Part shown: positions 1 to 8,769 of the stretch, in pieces | Position numbering within the stretch: the first letter of the stretch is position 1 | Layout: each line of letters begins with the position of its first letter | Source: an uncultured Balneolaceae bacterium | GTDB taxonomy: Bacteria; Bacteroidota; Rhodothermia; Balneolales; Balneolaceae | Reading direction: 5' to 3' | Length of the DNA: 32,000 nt | NCBI GenBank assembly: GCA_938091655.1 | Contig: CALKOA010000023.1 | Span: forward strand, 10,662-42,661 | Notes under the pieces: model-generated | Databases searched by the model: none | What the model was told of the DNA's origin: nothing | The model's input: the letters and a program-made list of their open reading frames with translations, nothing else | Translations under genes and position numbers: made by a program

Positions 1-841
1 TACCTTTGTGGACACGCTTATTTTCCCCTTTGATGATGCGAGTTTAAGTACATCAGCGGCTCAAAATTCACGCTTAAATCGTAGCAATGGGACCAATTAC
101 GAAAAAGTGAAAATCACAGGTCTCAGCATATTAGCGGATAATACCTTGTATGTCACGAGAACGGGTCCATTCAATGAGACTACTCAAGTTGCGGCGCCAG
201 ATAATACAGTCTTAGAATTTCATCGAATAGTAGAAAACGGCATTAAAACAGATAAGATGCGTAACGTGCGTCAAATCAGAAGTCTTAGCCCAAATGTACC
301 CTCTTTAAGAAGTGCTATAGGCCTGAGTGGAATTGCTACCTTTGTAGCCCCACCACAGAGAGATACCTATACCGATAATCGAAGCTTTTTGATTACCCAA
401 TCACAAGCCAACGTAGATATACCGTTTCGAGTTTTATGGATTGATGTAGTAGAGACGGTTGATGGATTGATTTATCAACAAAATTCACAACTACTTTCCC
501 AGGATACCTCACAAGCCAGTGGTTTTCTGTATGAACCTAATAAATTCATGCGCCCTCAGGACGTGGCATTTGGAGGAGATGATGATGCCTTTATTTTTGT
601 AGTAGATAGTGAGACTCACCGATTATACCAATTTCAGTCTAATGGTCAAGAAGGTGTTCCCCCACCAGCAGGAGCGGAAGATCAAACTCGCCAGATTTTG
701 GTGTCTTTTGGTGAGTTAGGGGCAGGTCCTAAACAGTTTAACATGCCTAGTGGCGTGGCATATTTTCGCCGAGTAGTGTATGTAGCCGACAAAGGGAATA
801 ATCGTATAGCTCGGTATAAATTAACCTCTGATTTCGAATAA
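1..841 (+). CDS. NHL-repeat beta-propeller protein, C-terminal fragment (5' end outside window)
   Basis: Reading frame is open from the window edge (track ORF 8..841). NHL-like repeats FIFVVDSETHRLYQF and GVAYFRRVVYVADKGNNRIARYKL. Stop TAA at 839-841. Confidence 0.5.
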   Translation, partial: TFVDTLIFPFDDASLSTSAAQNSRLNRSNGTNYEKVKITGLSILADNTLYVTRTGPFNETTQVAAPDNTVLEFHRIVENGIKTDKMRNVRQIRSLSPNVPSLRSAIGLSGIATFVAPPQRDTYTDNRSFLITQSQANVDIPFRVLWIDVVETVDGLIYQQNSQLLSQDTSQASGFLYEPNKFMRPQDVAFGGDDDAFIFVVDSETHRLYQFQSNGQEGVPPPAGAEDQTRQILVSFGELGAGPKQFNMPSGVAYFRRVVYVADKGNNRIARYKLTSDFE

Positions 842-845
842 AACT

Positions 846-2138
846 ATGCGAGACAGGCCTATATATGAATCCGGGGAGTATATATTTTCGGTTGGTATGT
901 ATCTCTTGATTTCGCTTCTTTTGGTGAATTGCTCAACCCAAAGTTCTGGCGACCTCTCGACTCAAGAATTAGTAGAGGCACGCAGTAAAGTTTTACTTAT
1001 TTCATTTGATGGTTTCCGGGCAGATTACTTAAGCTCAGAACAGTCCCCATTTCTGCAAGAATTATCTAGAAATGGAGCTCGCTCAGAAGGGCTCATTCCT
1101 GTATTTCCGTCCAAAACATTTCCTAATCACTACGCTATTGCGGTGGGATTATACCCGGAAAATAACGGGATTATTGGAAACTCGATGGTAGATTCTGTCA
1201 TGGGTAAAAGCTACAGTTTGGGCGATCGAGAGCAGGTAGAAAATCCAAACTGGTACCAAGGAGAGCCTATCTGGAATACGGCTGAAAAACAAGGTGTACG
1301 CGCTGGAACTATGTTTTGGGTAGGTTCAGAGGCCCCTATACAAGATATACGCCCAACCCACTGGAAAAGCTATGATGGCACAGTGCCCGATAGTGCTCGT
1401 ATCGATACGGTCCTAGCTTGGTTGGGTTCGGATTCATCATCTGAAGTCGATTTTGCTACGGTGTACTTTAGTTTTCTGGATAGTCAAGGACATCGCTACG
1501 GTACGGATGCTCCCCAAACCAAAAAAGCATTACAGCGGGTTGATGCACTCATGAGCTATCTCATGCAGCAATTAGCCTCAAAAGGCTTAGATCAAGAGAC
1601 TAATATTGTATTGGTTTCAGATCATGGCATGCATAATGTTTCTAGAGAGCGGGTGGTAACTTTAGATAGCTTTATTGACATCGACCGTGTGCGTTGGATT
1701 AGTGGGTCTCCCTCAGTGACCCTGAATATAGAACCTTCATATCGCATGCAGGCGTACCAAGAACTACGAAAAGCTCAAGAAAATGGAGCTCCTTTTAATG
1801 TATATTTAAAACAAGATATACCAGAGCGTTTCCGCTATAAGAATCATGATCGAACGCCAGATTTATTGCTATTGGCTAACTTGGGGTACACCATTACCAC
1901 CACAGACCGCTTAGACTCTCGGCCCAATTTTCAATCGGGTGGAGCGCACGGCTATGATCCTACCCATCCAGAAATGCATGCCGTATTTATGGCTATAGGA
2001 CCAGATATTGTTCCTGGCAGTACGCTTCCTCCTTTTGAAGTAGTACATGTGTACGAATTACTGGCCCATCTGCTAGGTATAGCACCCGCTCCTAATGACG
2101 GTAGCCTCGAAACGTTTGAGGGAATTCTTTACGATTAA
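846..2138 (+). CDS. Ectonucleotide pyrophosphatase/phosphodiesterase (NPP, alkaline-phosphatase superfamily), exported
   Basis: Motifs LLISFDGFRADY, PSKTFPNHYAIAVGLYPENNGI, VSDHGM and GAHGYDP are typical of type I phosphodiesterase/nucleotide pyrophosphatase. Hydrophobic N-terminus LLISLLLVNCS suggests a signal or lipoprotein peptide. Alternative ATG at 897. Only 4 nt after the upstream stop. Confidence 0.85.
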   Translation: MRDRPIYESGEYIFSVGMYLLISLLLVNCSTQSSGDLSTQELVEARSKVLLISFDGFRADYLSSEQSPFLQELSRNGARSEGLIPVFPSKTFPNHYAIAVGLYPENNGIIGNSMVDSVMGKSYSLGDREQVENPNWYQGEPIWNTAEKQGVRAGTMFWVGSEAPIQDIRPTHWKSYDGTVPDSARIDTVLAWLGSDSSSEVDFATVYFSFLDSQGHRYGTDAPQTKKALQRVDALMSYLMQQLASKGLDQETNIVLVSDHGMHNVSRERVVTLDSFIDIDRVRWISGSPSVTLNIEPSYRMQAYQELRKAQENGAPFNVYLKQDIPERFRYKNHDRTPDLLLLANLGYTITTTDRLDSRPNFQSGGAHGYDPTHPEMHAVFMAIGPDIVPGSTLPPFEVVHVYELLAHLLGIAPAPNDGSLETFEGILYD

Positions 2139-2273
2139 ATAAAGTTATTTTGTTGTGTAACAGAATGTTGTGTGCTTTGATACTGCATATTCGCTATAAT
2201 TTGGATTGCATCTAATCAAATTCGGGCGCATATTTTATTTTAATTCAAGAATAACTCACTCTATTTTCACGCT

Positions 2274-2609
2274 ATGCCTTACGTTGTTACAGAACCATGT
2301 ATTAAATGTAAATACACCAACTGCGCGGCAGTTTGCCCGGTTGATGCTTTTCGAGAAGGACCTAATTTTTTGGTCATAGATCCTAATGAGTGCATTGACT
2401 GTGATGCATGTGTATCCGAATGCCCTGTTGAGGCTATTTATCCCGATGATGAGGTGCCTGAAAAATGGGAACACTTTATTGACTTGAACGAACGCCTTGC
2501 CGAAGCGTGGGAAGACAATGTTATCAACGAAACCAAGGATGCATTGCCTGAAGCAGATGAATGGGCAAGTAAAGAGGGCAAAGAAGATCAACTTCAAGAA
2601 GAGTGGTAA
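2274..2609 (+). CDS. fdxA: 7Fe (3Fe-4S + 4Fe-4S) ferredoxin, Azotobacter FdxA type
   Basis: [52 protein letters not shown] matches the FdxA Cys pattern and flanking residues almost position for position. Confidence 0.9.
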   Translation: MPYVVTEPCIKCKYTNCAAVCPVDAFREGPNFLVIDPNECIDCDACVSECPVEAIYPDDEVPEKWEHFIDLNERLAEAWEDNVINETKDALPEADEWASKEGKEDQLQEEW

Positions 2610-2654
2610 CGCTACTGTGTAGGGTAGTTTTATATACATCACCCTGCTAAATCC

Positions 2655-3491
2655 ATGTTAGCACTCGCTCCGTTTTTTGCAAAAGAACGTCCATCCATTA
2701 TGGGAGTACTCAATGCTACTCCTGATTCCTTTAGTGACGGAGGACAGTTCAATCTGGTTAGTGCCGCTCTTCATCGTATTGACGAAATGATTGCCCAAGG
2801 CGCTTCGATCATTGATATAGGTGGAGAATCTACCCGACCATACGCCCCTGCTGTTGCAGAATCAGAAGAAATTCGCAGGGTTATTCCCATTTTACAAAAC
2901 GCAGTACCCCGCTTTTCCGATCAAGTCCTTTTTTCCATTGATACCACTAAATACGGGGTAGCAGAGCAGGCCTTAGATGCAGGTGCGCTCATTATAAATG
3001 ATGTCAGTGGACTTCAAAAATCCCCAGCAATGGCAGGCTTAGCTGCATCGTTCAATGCGGCATATATTCTAATGCACGCCCAAGGAAGCCCCCAGAACAT
3101 GCAAGATAATCCGAGTTATACGCATGCCGTCACAGATATCGTTGATTTTTTAGTACAGCAAAGCGTGTTTTTGCAGCGGGAAGGAGTAGAACACATTATT
3201 GTGGATCCAGGCATAGGCTTTGGAAAAAGTCTGGATCACAATTTGCAGATTATTGCAGGGCTTGACAAAGTGGTAGAAATTGGCTTTCCTGTATTGTTAG
3301 GCGCCTCTCGGAAATCTATGTTTGGTCAGCTGTTAGACGATCGTGAAGTGGAAGGACGATTGGCAGGAACACTAGCGGCACATTATCATGGATTAATGCA
3401 GGGAGTGCGTATATTGCGTGTGCATGATGTGCAAGAAGCTAGCGATAGTGTACGGGTGTTTGAAGCTTTACAGGCGGCTAAACAACCATAA
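2655..3491 (+). CDS. folP: Dihydropteroate synthase
   Basis: GVLNATPDSFSDGG, IIDIGGESTRP, INDVSG, DPGIGFGK and LLGASRKS motifs; 278 aa, typical length. Confidence 0.95.
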   Translation: MLALAPFFAKERPSIMGVLNATPDSFSDGGQFNLVSAALHRIDEMIAQGASIIDIGGESTRPYAPAVAESEEIRRVIPILQNAVPRFSDQVLFSIDTTKYGVAEQALDAGALIINDVSGLQKSPAMAGLAASFNAAYILMHAQGSPQNMQDNPSYTHAVTDIVDFLVQQSVFLQREGVEHIIVDPGIGFGKSLDHNLQIIAGLDKVVEIGFPVLLGASRKSMFGQLLDDREVEGRLAGTLAAHYHGLMQGVRILRVHDVQEASDSVRVFEALQAAKQP

Positions 3492-3591
3492 TAGAATTTT
3501 AGCTTTTGTATAGATACTTTTAGGTCACATATTAGTTGGCTCGGTGAATCTATGACACACGCTATTATAAAACGTAAATTACCCTTTTGAA

Positions 3592-4386
3592 TTGAATCCT
3601 CTAGGCTTTCTCGATTTTGGATTATTGGATTTTTTAGAGACACTAATTATTGCAGGAGCTTTAGTTGGTGTCTACCGTTGGATCCGTGGGACCTACGCCA
3701 TTCGCGCGGGTGTGGGTATTTTATTTCTTCTGCTTATCAATTTTATTATTCGATTATTTGGATTCACTACGATCGATTTTATTTTAAGCGCCATTCTTGA
3801 TGTAGGTATTTTAGCTGTATTTATCATATTTCAACCAGAAATAAGAGGGCTTTTATACCGAATAGGTCAGAATCCTTCTATTCGATTATTTGGTGGTAAG
3901 TCTAGCACGGAGCAGGTTATTGATGAAGTTATAAATGCGGTTAAGCATATGTCAACTGAGTATATCGGTGCTCTTATTGTTTTTGCTCCCCCTTCTGGTG
4001 CCTTGAATTATGACAATACAGGGACGCAACTCGATTCGGTGGTAAAACAAAAATTATTGGTGAGTATTTTTAGAAAAGAATCCCCTTTGCACGATGGCGC
4101 CGTTATTATTCGTAATAACCGGATTACTGCAGCAGGTTGTTTCCTATCTTTGTCGGAAAATCCTAATTTAAGTAAATCTCTAGGTACTCGTCACCGAGCA
4201 GCAATTGGTATGTCCGAAAATAATAATATGTTTGTTATTGTGGTTTCAGAAGAAACCGGCCGTATATCGGTAGCTCAAAACGGTAATTTAAACAGTGGAC
4301 TTAGTATTCAGCGCCTTCGTAAAGAAATGGAGAGTAGTTTTTCTTTGACTAAGTTTAAAGAAGAAATAGCCTTTTCAGCTCCGTAA
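3592..4386 (+). CDS. cdaA: Diadenylate cyclase (c-di-AMP synthase), membrane-anchored CdaA type
   Basis: Three N-terminal TM segments followed by a DAC domain: HDGAVIIRNNRITAAGCFLSLS, LGTRHRAAIGMSE, VIVVSEETGRISVA. TTG start at 3592. The folP-cdaA pairing is common in Bacteroidota. Confidence 0.9.
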   Translation: MNPLGFLDFGLLDFLETLIIAGALVGVYRWIRGTYAIRAGVGILFLLLINFIIRLFGFTTIDFILSAILDVGILAVFIIFQPEIRGLLYRIGQNPSIRLFGGKSSTEQVIDEVINAVKHMSTEYIGALIVFAPPSGALNYDNTGTQLDSVVKQKLLVSIFRKESPLHDGAVIIRNNRITAAGCFLSLSENPNLSKSLGTRHRAAIGMSENNNMFVIVVSEETGRISVAQNGNLNSGLSIQRLRKEMESSFSLTKFKEEIAFSAP

Positions 4387-4438
4387 ACGGAAATGAATCT
4401 GAAATAATTTGGGCTTAGTAAGCGATGAACGCTGTTCT

Positions 4439-5782
4439 TTACCCAGAGTTGCGTTCTAAGAAATGAGTATTTCCCTGTACTCTATATAGACTTCGAGCGG
4501 TCTTAACGGTGCCTTTTCCATAGTGATTATTGATACGATCAATGGCTTGATAACGCTGAGTGTGTTCGGCTTCATCCCGAAAAAATAGATTCATTTGGCT
4601 GGTTTTATCCATGTCTTGAGTGCTTATCATTAGACTACGAATGGCCATTTTTCGTTGGCAAAAAGAGTAAATGAGCTCAGTTAATTCTCTCATGCATGCG
4701 TCATACACATATTTGGTTATGTGAGTAAAACTAGGGGTTACAAAGCGGAAGCCTATGCTAGGATAGTCATTTTTATCAAAACCAATATGCCCCCCAAAAC
4801 TACTCGAACGTATGCCATAGGCCCGCATTCGGTAGCAGATCATTTCGATTCCAATGGCTAGTTCACCTTTGATAGCTTCTGGGTCAGTACTTCCTTCGGA
4901 AAAGGTATGCCCATAACTGACGCCCCATTTAGGGGAATATTCATGATTTTCTTCGAGTATTCGGCCTTGATCTTGGCCGGTTATCGTTTCAAAAAGCATA
5001 CGCCCAAAATGGGGTCCAAATAGACGCACAAAGGTGTTGGGCTCATTGTGTTTTACTACATCTCGTATGCGCTCATATCCTTCTGCTAGGAGATGCTCAT
5101 AACGCCTTCGCCCTACCCCCCATACTTCGTTGAGTGGTAATGGGTGTATATACATTCGTTCATCTTCATTACTTAGAATAAGAGAAATACCGCGGGGCTT
5201 ATCTAAGCCACTGGCTAGCTTAGCATAGGTTTTGGATCGAGCAATTCCAATAGATCCAAACAGTCCGGTCGTTTCCACGATATCGCGTTGTAGTTGCTGG
5301 GCAAACGTTCGAATTTGAGGTTCTTCTTTGCCCAAAAGAAAACTTGCGTCCATAAAATATTCATCCATTGAGTAGCGCTCTATTTGGTGTGAATAGCGAT
5401 TCATGATATGATGTACTTGCGTTGATATAGCGGTATAGCTAGCGTAGTCTACCTGAAGCATGCATACGTAGGGGCATCGTTTGTAAGCCTCATAGGCACT
5501 CATTCCTGTTTTAATCCCCATCGAACGCGCTTCATAAGAAGAAGTGGCCACAATGCCTTTAACAGTTCCATTTTCTTTTCTCCACCCACCCACTATGAGG
5601 GGGATTCCGTACATATTCTTTCGGAGTTGTTCTACCTGCGCGTAAAAACAGGCAAAGTCGAAATGCAAATATAAGCGGTCCTTTCGGTGTCGATGTTGGT
5701 GTTCTGGGTAAACCGTGTTGTAGAGGGTAATACGATGTACGTCTTGTTCGGCTTGATATGAATAGTCATTTTTTTTCGGCAT
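4439..5782 (-). CDS. Y-family (DinB/UmuC-like) translesion DNA polymerase
   Basis: HFDFACFYAQVE, ATSSYEARSMGIKTGM and YSMDEYFMD retain the catalytic Asp / Asp-Glu positions of the impB/mucB/samB family. C-terminal NLFF....AIDRINNHYGKGTV. About 37 aa of N-terminal extension. Confidence 0.85.
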   Translation of the reverse strand: MPKKNDYSYQAEQDVHRITLYNTVYPEHQHRHRKDRLYLHFDFACFYAQVEQLRKNMYGIPLIVGGWRKENGTVKGIVATSSYEARSMGIKTGMSAYEAYKRCPYVCMLQVDYASYTAISTQVHHIMNRYSHQIERYSMDEYFMDASFLLGKEEPQIRTFAQQLQRDIVETTGLFGSIGIARSKTYAKLASGLDKPRGISLILSNEDERMYIHPLPLNEVWGVGRRRYEHLLAEGYERIRDVVKHNEPNTFVRLFGPHFGRMLFETITGQDQGRILEENHEYSPKWGVSYGHTFSEGSTDPEAIKGELAIGIEMICYRMRAYGIRSSSFGGHIGFDKNDYPSIGFRFVTPSFTHITKYVYDACMRELTELIYSFCQRKMAIRSLMISTQDMDKTSQMNLFFRDEAEHTQRYQAIDRINNHYGKGTVKTARSLYRVQGNTHFLERNSG

Positions 5783-5826
5783 AAATTACTCCGCTATTGA
5801 TATGTACAATATATGTGTGTAATTTA
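5782..5826. promoter_or_regulatory. Candidate shared operator in the 46-bp divergent intergenic region
   Basis: Perfect 8-bp inverted repeat TAAATTAC (5782-5789) / GTAATTTA (5819-5826) brackets the whole gap, with a near-central TGTACA palindrome (5803-5808). No match to a LexA box that I can name. Confidence 0.2.
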
Positions 5827-5828
5827 AA

Positions 5829-6491
5829 ATGACCAAACAAATATTGGTCATGAACAACTTTCCCCTTGTCGAAATGCTCGCTTTTTTTCCCCGCTATTCA
5901 GAGGTGCACACTTTTGATTGGAGGCGCCGCTATGTGCGGCAGGTACGTCATATTAGATCCTGCCATACTAAGACGCTAGGAGGGGTGCAATATTCATTTT
6001 TTAGCATTGTTACTCAGCAGGGAGAGGCCATGGATGTACGTTTTAATCACGACGAATTATTTTGGGATGTAGTAGCGCTGCCTGGATCCGAGTTAGCTAT
6101 ACATAGCGAAGATGGCTCGCATTTTGTTATTGACCGAATACTGGTGCATCAACAGCGGCATAAGCATCAGCCTTCTCTTGCGCATCGTATGCGTCCTATC
6201 CGTTTTGAATGGCTTCCTCATGCCCAATGCGCGAGGCAGAGCCCTATTGAACATGCCAAGGTAGACCGCATGCATCCGTATCGTTTTTTAAAAGGAAAAA
6301 ATAGCTCTTATCAGGTTCATAGGATAGAAACGCGTCATCTAGAAGATGTTATGGTCACCCGGCATTTCCATTATGTTGTTGAGGATACCGAGCGGAGGTT
6401 CTATCATGTAGTATACATATTGGATCAGGGAGATTGGCGGTTTATACAAGAAGTAGATGAACAGTTCTTATTTCATCGGTCTAGTCCCTGA
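5829..6491 (+). CDS. Hypothetical His/Arg-rich protein, no domain recognised
   Basis: 220-aa ORF fills the gap between two minus-strand genes. Only a 60-aa antisense ORF competes with it. GC is clearly higher than in the surroundings. Divergent from the Y-family polymerase gene. Confidence 0.5.
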   Translation: MTKQILVMNNFPLVEMLAFFPRYSEVHTFDWRRRYVRQVRHIRSCHTKTLGGVQYSFFSIVTQQGEAMDVRFNHDELFWDVVALPGSELAIHSEDGSHFVIDRILVHQQRHKHQPSLAHRMRPIRFEWLPHAQCARQSPIEHAKVDRMHPYRFLKGKNSSYQVHRIETRHLEDVMVTRHFHYVVEDTERRFYHVVYILDQGDWRFIQEVDEQFLFHRSSP

Positions 6492-6511
6492 AAAAGGGCT
6501 AAATAGTATGA

Positions 6512-7228
6512 TTAGAATAATCGTAATTCGGGTTCGATAAGATGAGGCCCGTTGTTACGTACGTTGCCAACAGCAGGAGGAACAATATGGCTTTTAAGTC
6601 CATCGTCGGGATAGGGGGCCAATAGGTAGTTCAAATCTTCTATACCCAATTGTGGATTTAACCAATGAGTCCATTCAGATGAATGCAAAAAAACAGGCAT
6701 ACGGTCATGAATGTCTTGCATGGTTGCATTGGGTCGAGTGGTCAAAATAGAAAACGAGTAAAGAGAGTCCAATGGGCTTAAGGGAGAATAAAACCCCGCT
6801 GCAAAAAGAATAGAGTTATTGACCGCTTGTATATAGTGAGGAGTTTTATTCCCTTTTGTGCCGGACCATTCAAAAAAACCGTTCATTGGGATAAGGCATC
6901 GCTGAGTAGATACGGATCGCCACATGGGTTTTTCGACTATCTGTTCGGACCGCGTGTTAATGGGTAGTAAGGGGCGGCTTTCTACTTTCGGTTTCCACCC
7001 CATGAATCCCCAATGCATTGGTATCCTTATTAACTGGGGAGTATCGGTAGCGGGTTGAAGGATGACCGGTACGATATGGCTAGGCGCTATATTATAAGAA
7101 GGTAGTGTATGAGCGGTATTCTGCAGATGCTGTTTTCCAAAAATCCCATCATTTTCGTTTGGTACCGAAGATCCAATCAGTGTATCTATGGTAGTCAGAT
7201 CACTAAAAAGAGTGTATCGTCCGCACAT
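6512..7228 (-). CDS. SOS-response-associated peptidase (SRAP / YedK / HMCES family), abasic-site processing protein
   Basis: N-terminal MCGRYTL with the catalytic Cys2. Also NIAPS, MNGFFEW and HDRMP motifs characteristic of SRAP. Confidence 0.9.
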   Translation of the reverse strand: MCGRYTLFSDLTTIDTLIGSSVPNENDGIFGKQHLQNTAHTLPSYNIAPSHIVPVILQPATDTPQLIRIPMHWGFMGWKPKVESRPLLPINTRSEQIVEKPMWRSVSTQRCLIPMNGFFEWSGTKGNKTPHYIQAVNNSILFAAGFYSPLSPLDSLYSFSILTTRPNATMQDIHDRMPVFLHSSEWTHWLNPQLGIEDLNYLLAPYPDDGLKSHIVPPAVGNVRNNGPHLIEPELRLF

Positions 7229-7245
7229 TAGATAAAAGAGACTAT

Positions 7246-7908
7246 CTAATAGTAAATGCGAAGTACTATCCGTCTATTTTTTGCACGGTTTTCTATAATA
7301 TCTTGCCCAAATTCGTCAGTATGGGGTGCATTAGGTAAGGGTTGTGTCTCTGCATATCCTGATGCTTTGAGATTAGAGGCTTTGTAACCTTGACTGACAA
7401 GAAATTTAACTACCTCAGAGGCTCTTGCTACAGAAAGTTCCCAGTTAGAAGGAAACCTTAATGTATTAATAGGAACATTATCCGTATGCCCTTCGATATC
7501 TACTTTAAAATTGTAAAATGATAATCCATTTAGAGCATCAGATACTTTAGTAATGATACCCTCACCTGAGGGTAATAATTCGGCACCACCTGAGATATAA
7601 AGTGAACTACTATTAAATGTCATGACAATTTCTTTGGTAGTCAAATCAATGTTAACTAAGCCTTGTTCACGTTCGATAGTTAAAACAGAATCAAGATCAG
7701 CTTTAATTTCTGCTAACGGAGTTTTCTGTATTTCTGTGCCCGTTACTTCTGATCGCATTCCTTCTTTCATTTGATCCCATAGAGCTTGATCAGGGGTACT
7801 TGAAGCAATTAGAATAGCAAAAAAAGCTAGCAGTAATGTAATCATATCACTGTAAGTAAGAAGATATTCAAGATCTTCCTCTGCTTCTTCTATTTCATTG
7901 GCGCTCAT
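7246..7908 (-). CDS. MotB-family stator subunit with OmpA-like peptidoglycan-binding domain
   Basis: TM motif YSDMITLLLAFFAIL (Asp21, equivalent to E. coli MotB Asp32). C-terminal OmpA-like GHTDNVPI...SNWELSVARASEVVKFL...NRRIVLRI. Confidence 0.85.
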   Translation of the reverse strand: MSANEIEEAEEDLEYLLTYSDMITLLLAFFAILIASSTPDQALWDQMKEGMRSEVTGTEIQKTPLAEIKADLDSVLTIEREQGLVNIDLTTKEIVMTFNSSSLYISGGAELLPSGEGIITKVSDALNGLSFYNFKVDIEGHTDNVPINTLRFPSNWELSVARASEVVKFLVSQGYKASNLKASGYAETQPLPNAPHTDEFGQDIIENRAKNRRIVLRIYY

Positions 7909-7944
7909 AACAAACTTATTTAAATTGTTGTGTTATCAGAATAG

Positions 7945-8766
7945 TTAATCATCCTTACCTTTACTTTTTCCATCTTTCTTTTTGAAGTCTCGCTGTAAAA
8001 AAGTACTAAGTTTGTCCTGAATAAAAAATGCAGTTTTCTTTTCATTGATTAGAATGATTCCTTCAAGCATAAAAGTCTCTCTAAATCGATTTATAGAGGC
8101 TGAATTTTTTATTTTTTCAGCAACAGGATAAAAAATAAATCGGGAGAGTATAATACCATATAGTGTAGTCATCAAAGCAGCTGCAAGTCCAGGTCCCATG
8201 CTACTGGGATCGTCCAAATTACCAAGCATATCAATTAGCCCAAATAATGTCCCGAACATACCAAATGCAGGTGCCGCTCCACCCATCGCGCGAAGGACAT
8301 CAACAACAACCATTTGTCTAAAATAGGCTTCTTGGATGTGGTTAGTTCCGAATTGACGAATATCATCACTTGAATAATTGGTACTTAATAGAGAAAAAAG
8401 ATAACCTTCTAGATATCCAGTACGCTCTTCCTCTAATTTATCTAGTGCATTTACTCTATCTTTTCTTATCTCATCGTTCCACTCAACGATTGCTTCAAAA
8501 TCTTTTTGCAGAGATTTTTTATTTGCACCTGCTTGACTAAAAAAGTATCTCACTCCAGCTAAAGCCTTATTTACATACCTAGACTGGAAGGTAATGTAAG
8601 AGGCCATAAGTACACCCCCGATCACAATAACTAAACTAGGTATATTAAAAAATTGATTGCCTAAATCTTTAGTAAATTCGGTAACTTTAATTGTTTCAAT
8701 TACACCAAAAATTATCAGTGATAAGCTGATAACTGTACCGATCATTGAGCCAAATGAAAATTTCAT
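7945..8766 (-). CDS. MotA/PomA-family ion-channel stator subunit
   Basis: Four predicted TMs with a ~95-aa loop between TM2 and TM3 (MotA topology, not the 3-TM ExbB/TolQ topology). GGAAPAFGMFGTLFGLI and LYGIILSRFIFYPVAEKI carry the two conserved prolines. Confidence 0.85.
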   Translation of the reverse strand: MKFSFGSMIGTVISLSLIIFGVIETIKVTEFTKDLGNQFFNIPSLVIVIGGVLMASYITFQSRYVNKALAGVRYFFSQAGANKKSLQKDFEAIVEWNDEIRKDRVNALDKLEEERTGYLEGYLFSLLSTNYSSDDIRQFGTNHIQEAYFRQMVVVDVLRAMGGAAPAFGMFGTLFGLIDMLGNLDDPSSMGPGLAAALMTTLYGIILSRFIFYPVAEKIKNSASINRFRETFMLEGIILINEKKTAFFIQDKLSTFLQRDFKKKDGKSKGKDD

Positions 8767-8769
8767 TTA

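Noticed and set aside
2198-2222. Imperfect inverted repeat AATTTGgATT...AATcAAATT overlapping a TATAAT hexamer (2195-2200) upstream of fdxA
   Set aside because: There is no acceptable -35 at proper spacing, and a short AT-rich palindrome is expected by chance in AT-rich spacers. This is not enough to call a promoter or operator.
2256-2642. 128-aa minus-strand ORF covering the whole ferredoxin gene
   Set aside because: Antisense shadow of fdxA. The plus-strand product is an unmistakable 7Fe ferredoxin, whereas the minus-strand product is Phe/Ile/Cys-rich with no motif.
3386-3643. 85-aa minus-strand ORF bridging the folP end and the cdaA start
   Set aside because: It overlaps two well-supported plus-strand genes and the spacer between them, and has no motif.
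6512-7245. SRAP gene as a sixth member of the Mot-like operon (same strand, 17 nt after the motB-like stop)
   Set aside because: It may be co-transcribed, but SRAP function (abasic-site crosslinking) has no plausible link to an envelope machine, and it fits the adjacent DNA-damage genes better. I treat it as incidental adjacency pending synteny analysis.
7246-8766. Interpretation of the MotA/MotB-like pair as TolQR or ExbBD
   Set aside because: The A subunit has the 4-TM MotA topology with a long TM2-TM3 loop. The B subunit has the MotB TM motif and an OmpA-like PG-binding domain, not a TolR/ExbD fold. No tolA/tolB/pal or tonB is adjacent.
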